NCBI GenBank assembly: GCA_002269645.1
Contig: NIVC01000801.1
Span: 1 to 64,000 of the forward strand
DNA length: 64,000 nucleotides
Direction: 5' to 3'
Source of the DNA: Macrostomum lignano
Taxonomy: Eukaryota
In this document: positions 31,400-43,726 of the stretch, one piece after another
How the letters are laid out: each line of letters starts with the position of its first letter
How positions within the stretch are numbered: the first letter of the stretch is position 1
Notes under the pieces: model-generated
The model's database searches: none
The model's input: the letters and a program-made list of their open reading frames with translations, nothing else
Told to the model about the DNA's origin: nothing
Program-made: the position numbers and the translations under genes

Positions 31400-32180
31400 T
31401 CAACTTGTTGCTGGAGAGAGCGGTCCAGTCGATACGATGTAAACTGATTCTCTGCCTAAAGTCAACTCGAGAACAAATTGAATTGCATGGGCAAAGGTTC
31501 TCTGAATTTACGATGCTTAAGCTGGGTTACTCAGTGAAGTCTGAAACTGGATATGGTTCTGCATGCGGATCAGTGTTAAATAATTTAAAAAAACAATTCG
31601 ATATTGCAACGTTCAGCACTTCGACCGGTCTAATGGTGAACGACTGCGAGAAATGACCACATTCACTCTGCTGTACGCACTGGATGAAAGAGGACACGGA
31701 CATCCCAAGCAGTTACGCGGTAAATATAGTCTCATTGAAAAGACCAATAGTTACGGGAAGTCGTATTACGAATTGCCACCAATGTTACCTACGAAGAGAA
31801 GTGCCGATCTTTCAAGAGCTCAGCGTTTCAATCCTGGGAAGAACCTGTCAGGTCTGTATCCATTGGCCTTTGCCATCTGTAACTGAAGATGACGCCAGCA
31901 TCCGTTCTCAAGTAAGCAAGTACTGCGACATAAACTGGCCAAACACGTTCGTGCAGCGGATCACTGTGCAGGGTATACAACCGAAGCATGCTGTATTCAA
32001 GCCACTGTTACTCGCAGTTCCGATCTAAAAGATGCAGGATACAAAGTTTCCGACATTATGAGCATTACTGGCCAGCAAACGGGATCTACAGTGCGGTGGT
32101 ATCTCTCTCGGAAGCGCGACAATGCCACTCGAGACATGGCAACCAGTGTGGGTGCTACATGCGGGTGGTTCGAAGGCCTG
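31400..32180 (+). mobile_element. Decayed Crypton-like tyrosine recombinase remnant
   Basis: Across frameshifts and stops: LDERGHGHPKQLRGK..YGKSYYEL, then FSSKQVLRHKLAKHVRAADHCAGYTTEACCIQATVTRSSDLKDAGYKVSDIMSITGQQTGSTVRWYL (31902-32110), resembling the Crypton C-terminal pattern Q.LG.N.L..M....AG..YTNHS.RAT....L..AG.....IM..TGH......Y. Confidence 0.55.
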
Positions 32181-32390
32181 AAGCAGCGATACTACCGTCT
32201 CAACTAGCATCAGTAAAAGTGTCATCAACCGAGAGACAAGGACTATTCATGAGAATGCAAGTGCTTCACTGCTCTCCAACTGACAGTTCTTAAATACACT
32301 ATTGGTTTTATCTAGGAGTGAGGTTTGACATGACATTAATAAGTGCGTATATCAATAGTTGGAGTTGGTCTGTTTTTTTACTACAGCTGC

Positions 32391-32604
32391 TCTAATTGGG
32401 CAGATGTGCAACCGACAGCTCAGCCGCAGCTATTGCGTGGCGCATTTGAAGGCTGCGTACGGCTGTTTAGTCCGCAATGACTGGGGGGGGGGGGCGGGTC
32501 GCAACACACCCTCAATTACCCCCAGGTAATGCTGGCACCCATTTTACAGCTGGGTGAACTGAAGCAATGCAGTGTTAAGTGTCTTGCTCAAGGACACAAA
32601 TTGT
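32391..32604 (-). mobile_element. 5'-truncated copy of the tRNA-headed SINE family
   Basis: Close match to 47105-47290 and the reverse complement of 58300-58490 (GTGTCCTTGAGCAAGACACTTAAC...CACCCAGCTGTAAAATGG core, GGTTGCACATCTG tail). Confidence 0.8.
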
Positions 32605-32913
32605 TCACGCCTTGTTTCACACAAGAGGTTTCCGTTTCTGTCCAGTTCTTCACTATTTGTCTAGTCCAATTCTACCTGTTCGCTACTGAATTCTATCTTT
32701 CAACTGTGTGGCTGAACTTGTGCAACCAATGGCAACTAAGTTAACGAGAAACTAGCTCGGATCCCAATCCCCGCACTGTACCCAGCAGGATCTGCTGACA
32801 GAGCGTGCACCGGTGCGAGCTGTCAAATCTGCAGGGAGTTCCCGCGTCTCGTTTATTTGCTCAATCTGGAGTCTCCCTCATGGAAGGCCAAGCCCCGAGT
32901 GAGCTGGTGGCAC

Positions 32914-35900
32914 CACAGACCAATAAGTAAGACTAGACTGCGCATGGAGAGTAAAAAGTGTGCCTCTTTCCCAGTTATAAAAATGGCACCCAGCCAACCC
33001 CCCCCTCCGCGGTCGATAGTGGGTAAAGAATTTCCCTTCCTAAACCACTCCCACTCGTCTGCTTTTCGGTTCCTACAGGGCACAACAACAACAAAAAATA
33101 TTATCATAGCTTTTTAGACTCGTTTATAAATATTTTTCAAGAGATTCTTTCTAAAGACTTTTAATTTAATTAAAGCTTGCCTGTATAAAAACTTGCAGAA
33201 TCAAAATAATGAGTTCAACTTACCAGGTATCCGCTAGAATAGGCTAAACTACAGATTAAGAAATACCGCTGTTCGTAGAAGCTTTTGTCTCTTTCCTGAT
33301 TTTCTTCTGGGACATGAAAGGTCTTTCGCCACCTTCTTCATTCGAACCCGCATGTAGAGCAGCGCCATGATGCGAATCAAATGAAGCTTGTGGGATTCAA
33401 TGCCAATGCTGGCAGCCGCGGAATGCAAGTCAAGTTCGGGAAATGCATCAACTGACATGCGCAACGTCTCCTGGACAGCCACATCGCTAGAAAATCCGCT
33501 GTTATAGTTTGAACGTCGAATGATTGTTTCGGCATGAAGCAAAACTTGCAAGACATTGTTGCTTGGAAAAATCAACCCCCCAGTCCCTTCTTTATTCAGC
33601 ACATTTTTCATGGTGACAAGAGAGCAGGGCAACCGTGCAGCCGCTGACATTTCAGTGCTGGAAATGAGTGCTGATCTGCACGGCGCGCATTCAATTGATT
33701 TAAGCATGCTACGGACCACTGCGCCTGCAATGTAATACACAATCGACTGGCATACTTCGCATTTTGATGCATTCACACAATGTTGAATGGAATTAAGGCT
33801 TAAACCCAAACTGTTCTGAGCACTTATCTGCTTCCATTGAGGTTTTCCTGCCTCTGTTGATTGTGACGAAGGCAGACATGATAATGACAACTGAATAGTG
33901 GCATCCTGTTGCTTAACATTGGGACTAGTCAATTGGAGAATTCCACCTCCAGCGTGCACTAGTAACTGTCTAAAGGCTGAGCGAAACTGTCTCGGAGTCG
34001 GATTGTGATTCCAGCCGTTTCGAAGTCTGACGGCATTAAAAAATAACTCAAGAAAATCCTGCGACAACTTGTAAGTGCAAAGAAAGAAAAAACGACAACT
34101 TGAAAACAAATACTTGGCAAGGTCCATAACAGCCTCACAATTCACCATGAAGCCGAGAAAGCCTGTTTTCTTTGCAGTTTCAACAATTTTGCGTCCAGAC
34201 AGATTTTCAAGACTTCCGAGAAGCTTAATCGAGTCAGTAAAGAAGTCAATAAAGTCCGACTGGTTGTCAGCTCTTAGAGCCATTTTGGCCCCGTAATTTA
34301 CTAGTCGCTTGGAGTTAAAGGCGTCGAACAAGTCATTCATGTGCTCAATAAAATCTGCCGTCACAAGTACATCATGGTGCTCGAATCCGGCCAAAGCTTG
34401 CTGATGTACCCACCACAGGGAGTCAGCAACTGACTTACTAAAAAGCTGGGATACCAAATAGACCTTCATCTTTAAATTGGCAAAGTTGATGTGATGCCTG
34501 CTTAGTTTATTTCCCAGTTTGAGCCCGTGACTCTCCTGAACTTGCTGCAATGGTGAAACATATTTCCAATCAATATTCCCCCTATTCGGCCAAACTATCG
34601 TGCCCATTGATTGCCACTGATTGCGAATCAGCTTCAACATATGAGGCGGATCGAGGAAGGCAGAAACCTGAATGCTTGGGTCACAAGGATGAGGGAACGT
34701 GGCGACAATTGAGTCCGGAGAACTAATTTTAGCCCCAAGAAGTTCAATAGCTCGAATGTTGTGCTGCGTTCCATCGCATGTGAACGATGTGGCGACAACA
34801 CCAACCTGATAAAGCCTCTGAATTGATTCTTCTACAACACTAGACAAAAATTCACCATCCACACCATTTACTAGAAAATAACCCAATGGCAACTTCCAAT
34901 AGTTCTTCAGACCCACAGCCATCACTACCAATGCCGACGTCGCCTCCTGATCACTTGCCTTGCCATCTCCTTTGTCAACATAGCCGAAGAACATGCCTTC
35001 ATTCGAATTCCATTCAATCAGTGATTCCAATGACATCTCATCGGCCACTACATTGCAGTAGTCAAAGGCAGTGCCATCGTCGGAGCTGCGTCGATGAGAA
35101 AGTTCTTGGAAAGCCTGATCACAAAATCCAGGAAAGCATTTAGCGTTTGAAATCCATCTACGAAGAGATGCAGGGTGCGGAAGCTGAAAATACTTTCTGA
35201 CATATTCATAGGCTTTGGGGCTGTAAGAGTGCAAGGTGGACGCGAATTTTCGCACTTCAGTAGGAAACTTTCTTGTCCGCTTATTGCTTTGAGGCAAAAT
35301 GCTGCTAATCAAAGAATTCGAGGTCAAAAAATTCAGGCGCGACGCAGCCGCTTCATTCAGAATGCTCTTTTTCCTCAACTCTCCGATTGCCTCCTTCAGG
35401 GTTCTCGCTCTTCGCTTAATTTGCCTATGCTTTGAGCGCAATGATCGAATTTTGCGGTACTTGTTTCGAAGAGAACGCTGTAAGATTTCAATAGCTTTCG
35501 CACCTTTCTTGGACTTGGCATGAGCCGCTAGAAGCCTATTGTACCTGCGCCTCAGATTTTTCAAAGCTCTTACCTTCGTATTGAAATCTTCCCTGCTTAC
35601 ACAGTTGGCATGAAGGTCTGGCTGAGGAAGATCGTCATTGTTAGTAATGGCTTCCAAATCAGATTTCGTCTCGCTGCCTACTTGAGGCGCCTGAAATATT
35701 TCAAAATCAACTTCTCGAGCAGCCGCGGCTGCTGTGATTGTCTTTCTCTTCTTCTCAGCTGGCTGCAGATGTTCCGGAAACGCAGGAAAGATTGAAGGAA
35801 CAGCGTGCGGATACAGTCTTCTTCTGGCGTTGGGCAAGAAGCCTTCAAACTGCTCCTTGAAACAAGACTCAGAAAAGTGCTCTGAGCAGACTTTTGAACT

Positions 35901-36379
35901 TTTTGACGGTTTGAAGTCTTTTCGCCTCAGTGCTGCGACCCACTTCTTCTTCGTCTCATCGTCCTTGGGAAAGGAATGGAAGGAGACTCCGGAAGTTGAA
36001 GCTGCGCTATTCGTGCAACCAAAAGCACTGCAATAGCTGCCACATTTTCGAGTCTTCGACGGCTTGGAGAAATTAACTTCTTCCATCGCTTGATACAAAG
36101 TTGGTTGAATTAAATCGGTTTGATTCTAGTAGATAGGTAAATTTTGTGTTGTTTTAGCACCGAGAGAATGGCTTATTCGAACGCATATAAAAGGTGGGTT
36201 AGAAACCATAAGGACCAGTAAAATGCTCTGTACCCACTATCCTGTTCCCCCTCACCTTCACATACCATCGATTTTTTTTTCGCGGGAGCAAGGGACCATT
36301 TTTTCCACAGCGTTTTTGTCAAAAAACACGCCAAGGCAGGGAATGGGGCTTGCGCAGTCTAGATACTTCTTGGTCTGTG
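32914..36379 (-). mobile_element. Complete P-superfamily DNA transposon, 3466 bp
   Basis: 8-bp direct duplication GGTGGCAC at 32906-32913 and 36380-36387; imperfect TIRs CACAGACCAA(T/G)AAGTA..CTAGACTGCGCA at 32914-32944 and 36351-36379; encloses an intact transposase ORF. Confidence 0.95.
33249..36098 (-). CDS. THAP-domain P-element transposase (THAP9-like), 949 aa, single uninterrupted ORF
   Basis: THAP C2CH zinc finger (CSAFGC..FHSFP..W..VCSEHF..AVPSIF), coiled coil, RNase H-like core with VADEM, FTCDG, DPPHMLK, KMKV..QLFS and SQDFLELFF motifs. Confidence 0.95.
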   Translation of the reverse strand: MYQAMEEVNFSKPSKTRKCGSYCSAFGCTNSAASTSGVSFHSFPKDDETKKKWVAALRRKDFKPSKSSKVCSEHFSESCFKEQFEGFLPNARRRLYPHAVPSIFPAFPEHLQPAEKKRKTITAAAAAREVDFEIFQAPQVGSETKSDLEAITNNDDLPQPDLHANCVSREDFNTKVRALKNLRRRYNRLLAAHAKSKKGAKAIEILQRSLRNKYRKIRSLRSKHRQIKRRARTLKEAIGELRKKSILNEAAASRLNFLTSNSLISSILPQSNKRTRKFPTEVRKFASTLHSYSPKAYEYVRKYFQLPHPASLRRWISNAKCFPGFCDQAFQELSHRRSSDDGTAFDYCNVVADEMSLESLIEWNSNEGMFFGYVDKGDGKASDQEATSALVVMAVGLKNYWKLPLGYFLVNGVDGEFLSSVVEESIQRLYQVGVVATSFTCDGTQHNIRAIELLGAKISSPDSIVATFPHPCDPSIQVSAFLDPPHMLKLIRNQWQSMGTIVWPNRGNIDWKYVSPLQQVQESHGLKLGNKLSRHHINFANLKMKVYLVSQLFSKSVADSLWWVHQQALAGFEHHDVLVTADFIEHMNDLFDAFNSKRLVNYGAKMALRADNQSDFIDFFTDSIKLLGSLENLSGRKIVETAKKTGFLGFMVNCEAVMDLAKYLFSSCRFFFLCTYKLSQDFLELFFNAVRLRNGWNHNPTPRQFRSAFRQLLVHAGGGILQLTSPNVKQQDATIQLSLSCLPSSQSTEAGKPQWKQISAQNSLGLSLNSIQHCVNASKCEVCQSIVYYIAGAVVRSMLKSIECAPCRSALISSTEMSAAARLPCSLVTMKNVLNKEGTGGLIFPSNNVLQVLLHAETIIRRSNYNSGFSSDVAVQETLRMSVDAFPELDLHSAAASIGIESHKLHLIRIMALLYMRVRMKKVAKDLSCPRRKSGKRQKLLRTAVFLNL

Positions 36380-37894
36380 GGTGGCACCTACGCTACGAGT
36401 AACGATTTCTAAGAAACGGGTCTCTCTAGAAGGCGCCGATTAGGGCTCAGGAGATCTACCGAGTCATCCCAAGCGAGAAGCCTGTACAACATTGGTGGCA
36501 ACGGCCGGAGCCTGAGACTGGCCCGTTCAACGACCTGAGAACCACAAGCACTTCAGAAGAGTAGATCAAATTGACGCTAGCGTAAACAATGAGAGGCCCT
36601 GAGCCCGCTCCATCATTTCAGCCAGCCAGCCTCACCCTGACCCGGGATCAACAACGGCTGCGGACCCCCTCCCCCCACCCCCTGGCAATGGGATCAAGCC
36701 GGCCGGGAGACAACAGGGAGCTGGAGAGAGGGCCCAGACCCCTCCGGTAGATGAGCAGAAAAACAAACGTACCGTTGACGGTGAAGAACTAAGAGTATTG
36801 AGAGACAGAAACTTTGAAAATGGGAGAACTGCATATCGTAACTCAACCAATGCGTTAAACCCCCCCTCTGCCACCCCTGCGAGGGGAGAGAGGATCCCCC
36901 TAGCAACTAGCTAGTTTATCGCTTTTGGGCTAAACTTTATCAGGGGCTGCGTCCCAACTCAAAAACATTGCGAGTGGGTACTGTGGAAAGACACACCAAG
37001 GATGATACATAACAAATAACGTTATATTATAGTTGGGACGACCTATACGAGCCTAAGGCTAGGCTACTAAAAATGCGTTTATGAGACAATGTGCTTGTGC
37101 ATATGGTTTTGTCATAGACAATGATTAATTTTAGTCTCTCGTGGCCACTCGTCAAAAATTAATCATTCTCTACCTCAAAACCGAAACCTATATATACAAT
37201 CTATACCAGTATTATCATTATTATCATCAGTTATTCCAAGCTGAGCTGGCTATCCCAGCTGCACCCAAGTGATGGAGCGAATCACGAGCCGAGCCACAAT
37301 AGCCGGAATCCGCCTACCTTTCTGCGATGAGCATTCTGTGGAGACAATAAAAGCCATGAGTCTTCACATGCTTGCATCCTTAGTTAGTGCTTATCATGGA
37401 TCTCGAGTGACTCATTCTAATGTGTTCATGTGAATCGACCTTCACACTGAAGGCATTCTCGTTTGTTAGTAGTTTCTACTGTTCATGACTCCGTTGTATT
37501 TTCCCGTGATGTTCACGTTAGTGCTGTTAGTATTGGAATTTTGCTAATGAGGAGTTGATTGCCCAGTGATTGGCGGAACATGTCGCTTCTATAATAATAT
37601 GAACAACTTTTAGTTATTACAGTTCCTCACGTTTGCTGTGTATATCCTTCATGTCATTTATAGCGTTATACAGTCGAATAGGAGGGATCGGGAATCTCCA
37701 GGACTCATTTGACAACAGCGCAACGCTTCACACTACTGAAAAGTTTTTACTGAAATTATTTTTCACTACTGCATTTGATTCTATGGCTTTGCCTATATTC
37801 ACTCAGTGGCCCATGTGGAGAATATAGGATCTATGATGACTCAAAATAAATAGCACCCAAGTGGTCGAACTTCTAACAAGTATTGGGTAGTGTA

Positions 37895-38100
37895 AACTAC
37901 AGATATTCATGGAGTATTGGGTGGTGTGGGCCATAGACTACAGATATTCATGGGTTATCGGGTGGTGTGGGCCATAGACTACAGATATTCATGGGTTATC
38001 GGGTGGTGTGGGCCATAGACTACAGATATTCATGGGTTATCGGGTGGTGTGGGCCATAGGCCACAGATATTCATGGGTTATTGGGTGGTGTGGGCCATAG
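37895..38100. repeat. 41-bp repeat (TGGGCCATAGACTACAGATATTCATGGGTTATCGGGTGGTG), about 5 copies
   Basis: Period from 37931, 37972, 38013; a single related unit at 29901-29952. Confidence 0.9.
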
Positions 38101-38639
38101 AGTGCTGATATTAATGGAATAGGTTTACACCATGACCCACTGCATGGGATGTCAAATATTTCACCGAATCATCTTACCATAGCAGTTTTATAATTTCCAA
38201 GCGCGAAGCCATTCTTTCTGCCGATTTCTATAAAACGTTAAATTTTACTCCCATCCTAAAAGCGCTCAAATCGTGCACGAAGCAGGCAGGAATTTTTAAC
38301 AAATTAGGAATTAGAAAGTGGATGGCTTTGGATTGGCTAATCCAGATCGCATCCAACAGCAATGAGTGAGTGATCATTTTACGCACAACTGGCAGGCAAG
38401 GTCTGGAGTGCCATCCTATTTGGACAAATATCCTGCTTGAATCTGAAGCTAAACCAAATTCTACAGCCTCAAATAAATGTTATGCAATCGAATTTTATCC
38501 TCAATCTTTAGACCATCACCAGCAATCTTTGCCCCCCGATGAGGGACATCTAGATAGAATTTCTGTTCTCTACAAGTAACATAAAGACAGCAAAATAAAG
38601 CCTTCACAAAGACAACAGACATTCCCTCTAAACATAAAA

Positions 38640-39110
38640 CATCCCAAGACGGCAAGCATCCCCCAAATAGCAAGCACCCCTCTAAATACAATAGCAAGCA
38701 CCCCAAATACAATAGCAAGAAGCATCTCCCAGATAGCAAGCAACACCCAGATAGCAACCCCTCCCCCCAAGATAGCATGTACCCCCCTCCTCCAAGAGCA
38801 AGCCTCTTGCCTCACCAATATCAAGCATCCCCAGACAGCATGCAAGCGTCCCCCAGATAGCAAGAATCCCCCAGATAGCAAGCATCCCCCAGACAGCAAG
38901 GATCCCCCGATAGCAAGTATCCCCAGATAGCAAGCAGCCCTGGATACAAAGAATCCTTATAGATAGCTATAGCAACCCCCTCTCAGATAGCAAGTACCCT
39001 CCACCCCAAGCATCATCCAATAGCAAGTTACCCCAGATTGCAAGCATCCTTCCAATAGCAAGCATTCCCCTGATAGCAATAATCTATCCTTAAATAGCAA
39101 GCATCCACCA
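38640..39110. repeat. Degenerate ATAGCAAGCATCCCC repeat
   Basis: Seen directly. Confidence 0.85.
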
Positions 39111-39159
39111 AGACAAGAAATAGCTAGTGCAACAATATCCTTAGCTTTATAGTGGCTCC

Positions 39160-39560
39160 ATTATGTTTGACATGGCGGCTCTTTTAGGTTTGAGATGGTA
39201 GCTCTTTTATGTTTGACATGTTGGCTCTTTAATGTTCGACATGGTAGCTCTTTTATGTTTGACATGTTGGCTCTTTAATGTTCGACATGGTAGCTCTTTT
39301 ATGTTAGAAATGGTGGCTCTTTAATGTTCGACATGGTGGCTCTTTAATGTTCGAAATGGTGGCTCTTTTATGTTTGGCATGGTGTCACATGTATGTTTGA
39401 CATGGAGTCATGTATATGTTTGACATGGTGGCTCTTTAATGTTTGACATGGTGGCTCTTATGTTTGACATGGTGGTTCTTTAATGTTTGACATGGTGTCT
39501 CTTTAATGTTTGGCATGGTGGCTCTTTTATGTTCGAAATTGCGCTTCTTTTATGTTTAGC
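39160..39560. repeat. About 23-bp repeat (GACATGGTGGCTCTTTAATGTTT)
   Basis: Seen directly. Confidence 0.88.
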
Positions 39561-39959
39561 ATTTTATGTTTTTAAGGCGTTTTAATAAAAAAAAATTTAC
39601 ACCACTAAGATTCGAACCCAGGTCGCTACATAGCAGTCTAGTCTGTTTGCATCTAGGTTATCTCTTTTCAATTGGAGAACATGCATTGTGGCCCTTATAG
39701 TTCAATAGTTACAGCAAGTTGGTTAGAGTAAAAAGTTATGACAATCAATTTCTCAGTCAGCCAGTATCAGTCTCAATTTAAGTTAGCAATATGGTTACGC
39801 AATTTCAATCAAGTTGTGTGTGCATTTCTTTGACACTGTTTTCAACTGGTTGTGATGCAATCTTAATCAGAATTGAAATTCAGTCAGTCAGTTTTTTCTC
39901 TAGCATTCTTACAATGAATTTCAAGTCGAAAGAGCTGCTTGACCTTTGCAAAAAAGCAC

Positions 39960-40130
39960 GTTTTTCGAATATTTAATCCCTTTAACATTGAGAGATTTCT
40001 TAGCCTAGATGCATGTACCGTCCCAGGAAAATTTCTGATCGAATGGTGCAAGTTTGAAGAAAATCGGTTGAGCCGATCAATCGCATAGCTACATACATAC
40101 AAACAACTCATTTTTAGGATATAGGAAGGA
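39960..40130 (+). mobile_element. Helitron-like non-autonomous 3' end remnant
   Basis: TGCAAGTTTGAAGAAAATCGGTTGAGCCG followed by (TACA)n-AAC resembles microsatellite-bearing invertebrate Helitron 3' ends (recalled pattern, not searched). Confidence 0.35.
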
Positions 40131-40329
40131 ACGAGGCCAACTCCTCCGATGGAGGAGAAAGGGGAAGAACTCCCATCACCGGAATTCCATTCCCTGAAAT
40201 CCATCAGCTGAAATTCCATGACTTGAATCCCATCTTCCAAATCATCTCCAAATCCTCTGTAAAGCCTTTCAAATACCATATCTTGTTTTCCCTGTTCGCA
40301 AAAACTGACTGCCATTGTCCAGACTCAGA

Positions 40330-41065
40330 TTCTTCTGTCTCCTCTCTTCTCTTTTCTCTCCTCTCACGTCTCTCATCTCTACCACCTTATTTATCTCTTC
40401 TCCCTCGTCTTTCGTCTTTCTCTCCTGTCTCCTTTATCCCCTGTTTTCTCCTCTCTCCTCTCTTCTCTCCTCTCTCATCTCTCATCCCTCATGCCTCATC
40501 TCACTATTTCTTTCTCCTCTACTCTCAGCTCCTCTCTTCTCTCTCCTCTCATCTCTCCTGTCTCCCTCTGCTATCTCATATCTTCCCTCTCATCTCCTCT
40601 CTCCTCTTTTCTTCTCTCTCCCTCTTCGTTCCCGCCTTACTCCCCTCTTCTCTCCCATCTGTCATGTCTAATCTGTCCTCTCTCATCTCTACTCTCTTTT
40701 CTATAATCTCTTCTCTCTTCTCTTTTCACTCTTCTCTTTACCCTCTTTACTGACTGACTGAAGATACCAAATCCATAAAAATCCCTTCGTGAAACAGAAA
40801 TCCTCTCCGCGAAACAGAAATCCTCTCCGCGAAACAGAAATCCTCTCCGCGAAACAGAAACCCTCTCCGTGAAACTGGACTCCTTTCGAAATCCAATCCG
40901 CGAAACAGAAATCCTCTCCGTGAAACTGGGCTCCATGGAAATCCTCTGAGTGAAACTGACATCCATCAAAATCGTCTCCGTAAAACAGAAATACATCTAG
41001 ATTCTCTCCACGAAAAAGAAATCCTCTCCGTGAAACCGAAAACCATCAGAATACTCCGTGAAACT
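40330..41065. repeat. CT-rich tract (40330-40750) followed by a 20-bp GAAACAGAAATCCTCTCCG(C/T) repeat (40780-41065)
   Basis: Seen directly. Confidence 0.85.
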
Positions 41066-41239
41066 GGACTCAATCGAAATTTTCTCTGTCAAAAAGAACT
41101 TAACTCTCAGAATTCATTGGTTAGGGTTAGGGTTAGAGCTGCATAGAGCTGCGTGTTGAATTAATTGAATCAATTAATTGCGCAAACCATTTCTCAGTCA
41201 GACAGTATCAGTCTTATTTAAAGTTAAATAAACGGTTGC

Positions 41240-42052
41240 GCAATCTAAATCAACCCTCCAATACGCAGCGGCAGACCCCCTTCCAATACGCCCAACTTTA
41301 TCTATTACGTCTCGCAAAACTGAGTACAATTTTTGCAGAAAGTTAAAAGTATGGAAATAGTTTTTTAAATGCGGTGCTTTCTCTTTTCATATTTAAAGCA
41401 TACAACTTATATCCCCGAACTCAGCGCTGCAAGATCTTTCCAGCAATATAAGTCTCTCCTCTCAAAGTTTAAAACTCGAGGAACAGTTAGCGTTTGAAAT
41501 TTACCGATTTCCCGACTGCTTGCTAGAGAAGCTCGCAAGTTTATTCATTGAATTTCACTGCCAAACTAATACACAGGGCTGCCAATAATAAAACCAAATG
41601 AATCTCGACACAGTCTATCTATTTACACTGTACAACTGCTATGTACACTCAGCCCAAGCCCAACCCCCGTTCTGGGGGAAGCATTAAATTTAATTCAACC
41701 CCCAATACGCGGGGGTTTTATTTGCATTGAACCCAGAACACGCGCACCCACCACCCCTCAATACACAGCGGCCCGCGGGCGGAGGTTGGGGTGGCTATTT
41801 TTACAAACTGGCTGCAGCCCCAGGCAGAGTGGCCAAAGAAGGTTATTGGGGGTTAAAAAAGCAGATTTATGCTTTTTTAGGGATGTTAAAATGTGAAAAT
41901 TAAAAATTAAAATAGCCTAAAGCCTGCTCCGGAAAATTTGCAGTTTTCCCATATAAGTTTCGACGCTGACTTACCAGAATTGTAGGAGTTCACTTGCAAC
42001 ATACAGACAGACAGACAGACAGACAAACATCGCGTCGGTTTTAGTATTAGGA
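41240..42052 (+). mobile_element. Helitron-like non-autonomous element ending in (CAGA)n
   Basis: AAATAGCCTAAAG.. then (CAGA)5 and TTTTAGTATTAGG at 42000-42050, the layout of Lep1-type Helitron 3' ends; 5' boundary uncertain. Confidence 0.4.
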
Positions 42053-42558
42053 AGGAGGAGGAGGAGGAGGAGAGGAAGGAGGAGGAAGACTTGTTTGATA
42101 TAACTGAGACGCCATTGCAGATTAAATCAAATGAAAAATAACTGTTTTGACTGCAGAAGCTGCATAAACATTAGTGCGCTGGGTCATCATAGAGGACCCC
42201 TAACCTAGGACTGCAGCTGGAGAGGTCCTTGACCAGATCAGATTAAACGGTGTCCACAATGCTATACTGACACACAGCGAGAGCCACAATTAGTTTGAGT
42301 GCCCTCAAGCCCGGAGCATCCACGAGCAGGCCGCTCAGGCCACTTCCATTCCCTGGACTGCACCCGTCACAAAGCAGCCAAACTGAGACAGGGAAGGGGA
42401 CCCCGGTCAAAACATTGACAGGTTTATTAAGTTTATCAAGCTGTTTCCTCATAAAATGCTGCCGGAGAACCTCCTCTGCAGTGCATGCAGTGTACTACAG
42501 ATAGTAATGTGATGAGAAAATGCATTTCCAGACGTATTGAAAGCGTTACATACGGATC

Positions 42559-43352
<794 letters not shown>

Positions 43353-43726
43353 GCACTTTCCCAAAGCCCAGAGCAGCCTGAGCTCAGTGCAGCTGAATTC
43401 CATTGTCCCTGCCAGTGAGCTACAAATGCAAGGTTTTCTGCCTTCCAAGCCCCTTCAGTTCAGCCTGTGCAGAAATTCCCAGAAGAAAAAAGAGATACAC
43501 GGGTATTGAGATGCTGGACTCCCCATCACATTTCCGCAGGCTTTCTCCCCAGCAGCACTCAGTCTCCATGCATTCTTCCAGCAGCTGCAGTGCTGAGTGG
43601 CTGCAGGCAGCCTCAGAGGGCAGCGCAGCTCCTGACAGCTCCAGAATTTTCATTCTTTTTTTCGCTTTTCATACCGGCCTCCGCGGCTCCAAGTTGTCGC
43701 TTGCCGCTCTGCTCTCAGTTCTTTTC

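Noticed and set aside
36186-36192. TATAAAA near the transposase 5' end
   Set aside because: It is on the plus strand, pointing away from the minus-strand ORF.
39601-39657. tRNA-like sequence on the minus strand with B box GGTTCGAATC
   Set aside because: No pairing acceptor stem or D arm; at best a SINE-head relic.
41119-41136. (GGTTAG)3 telomere-like seed
   Set aside because: Only three units with no other sign of a chromosome end or fusion.
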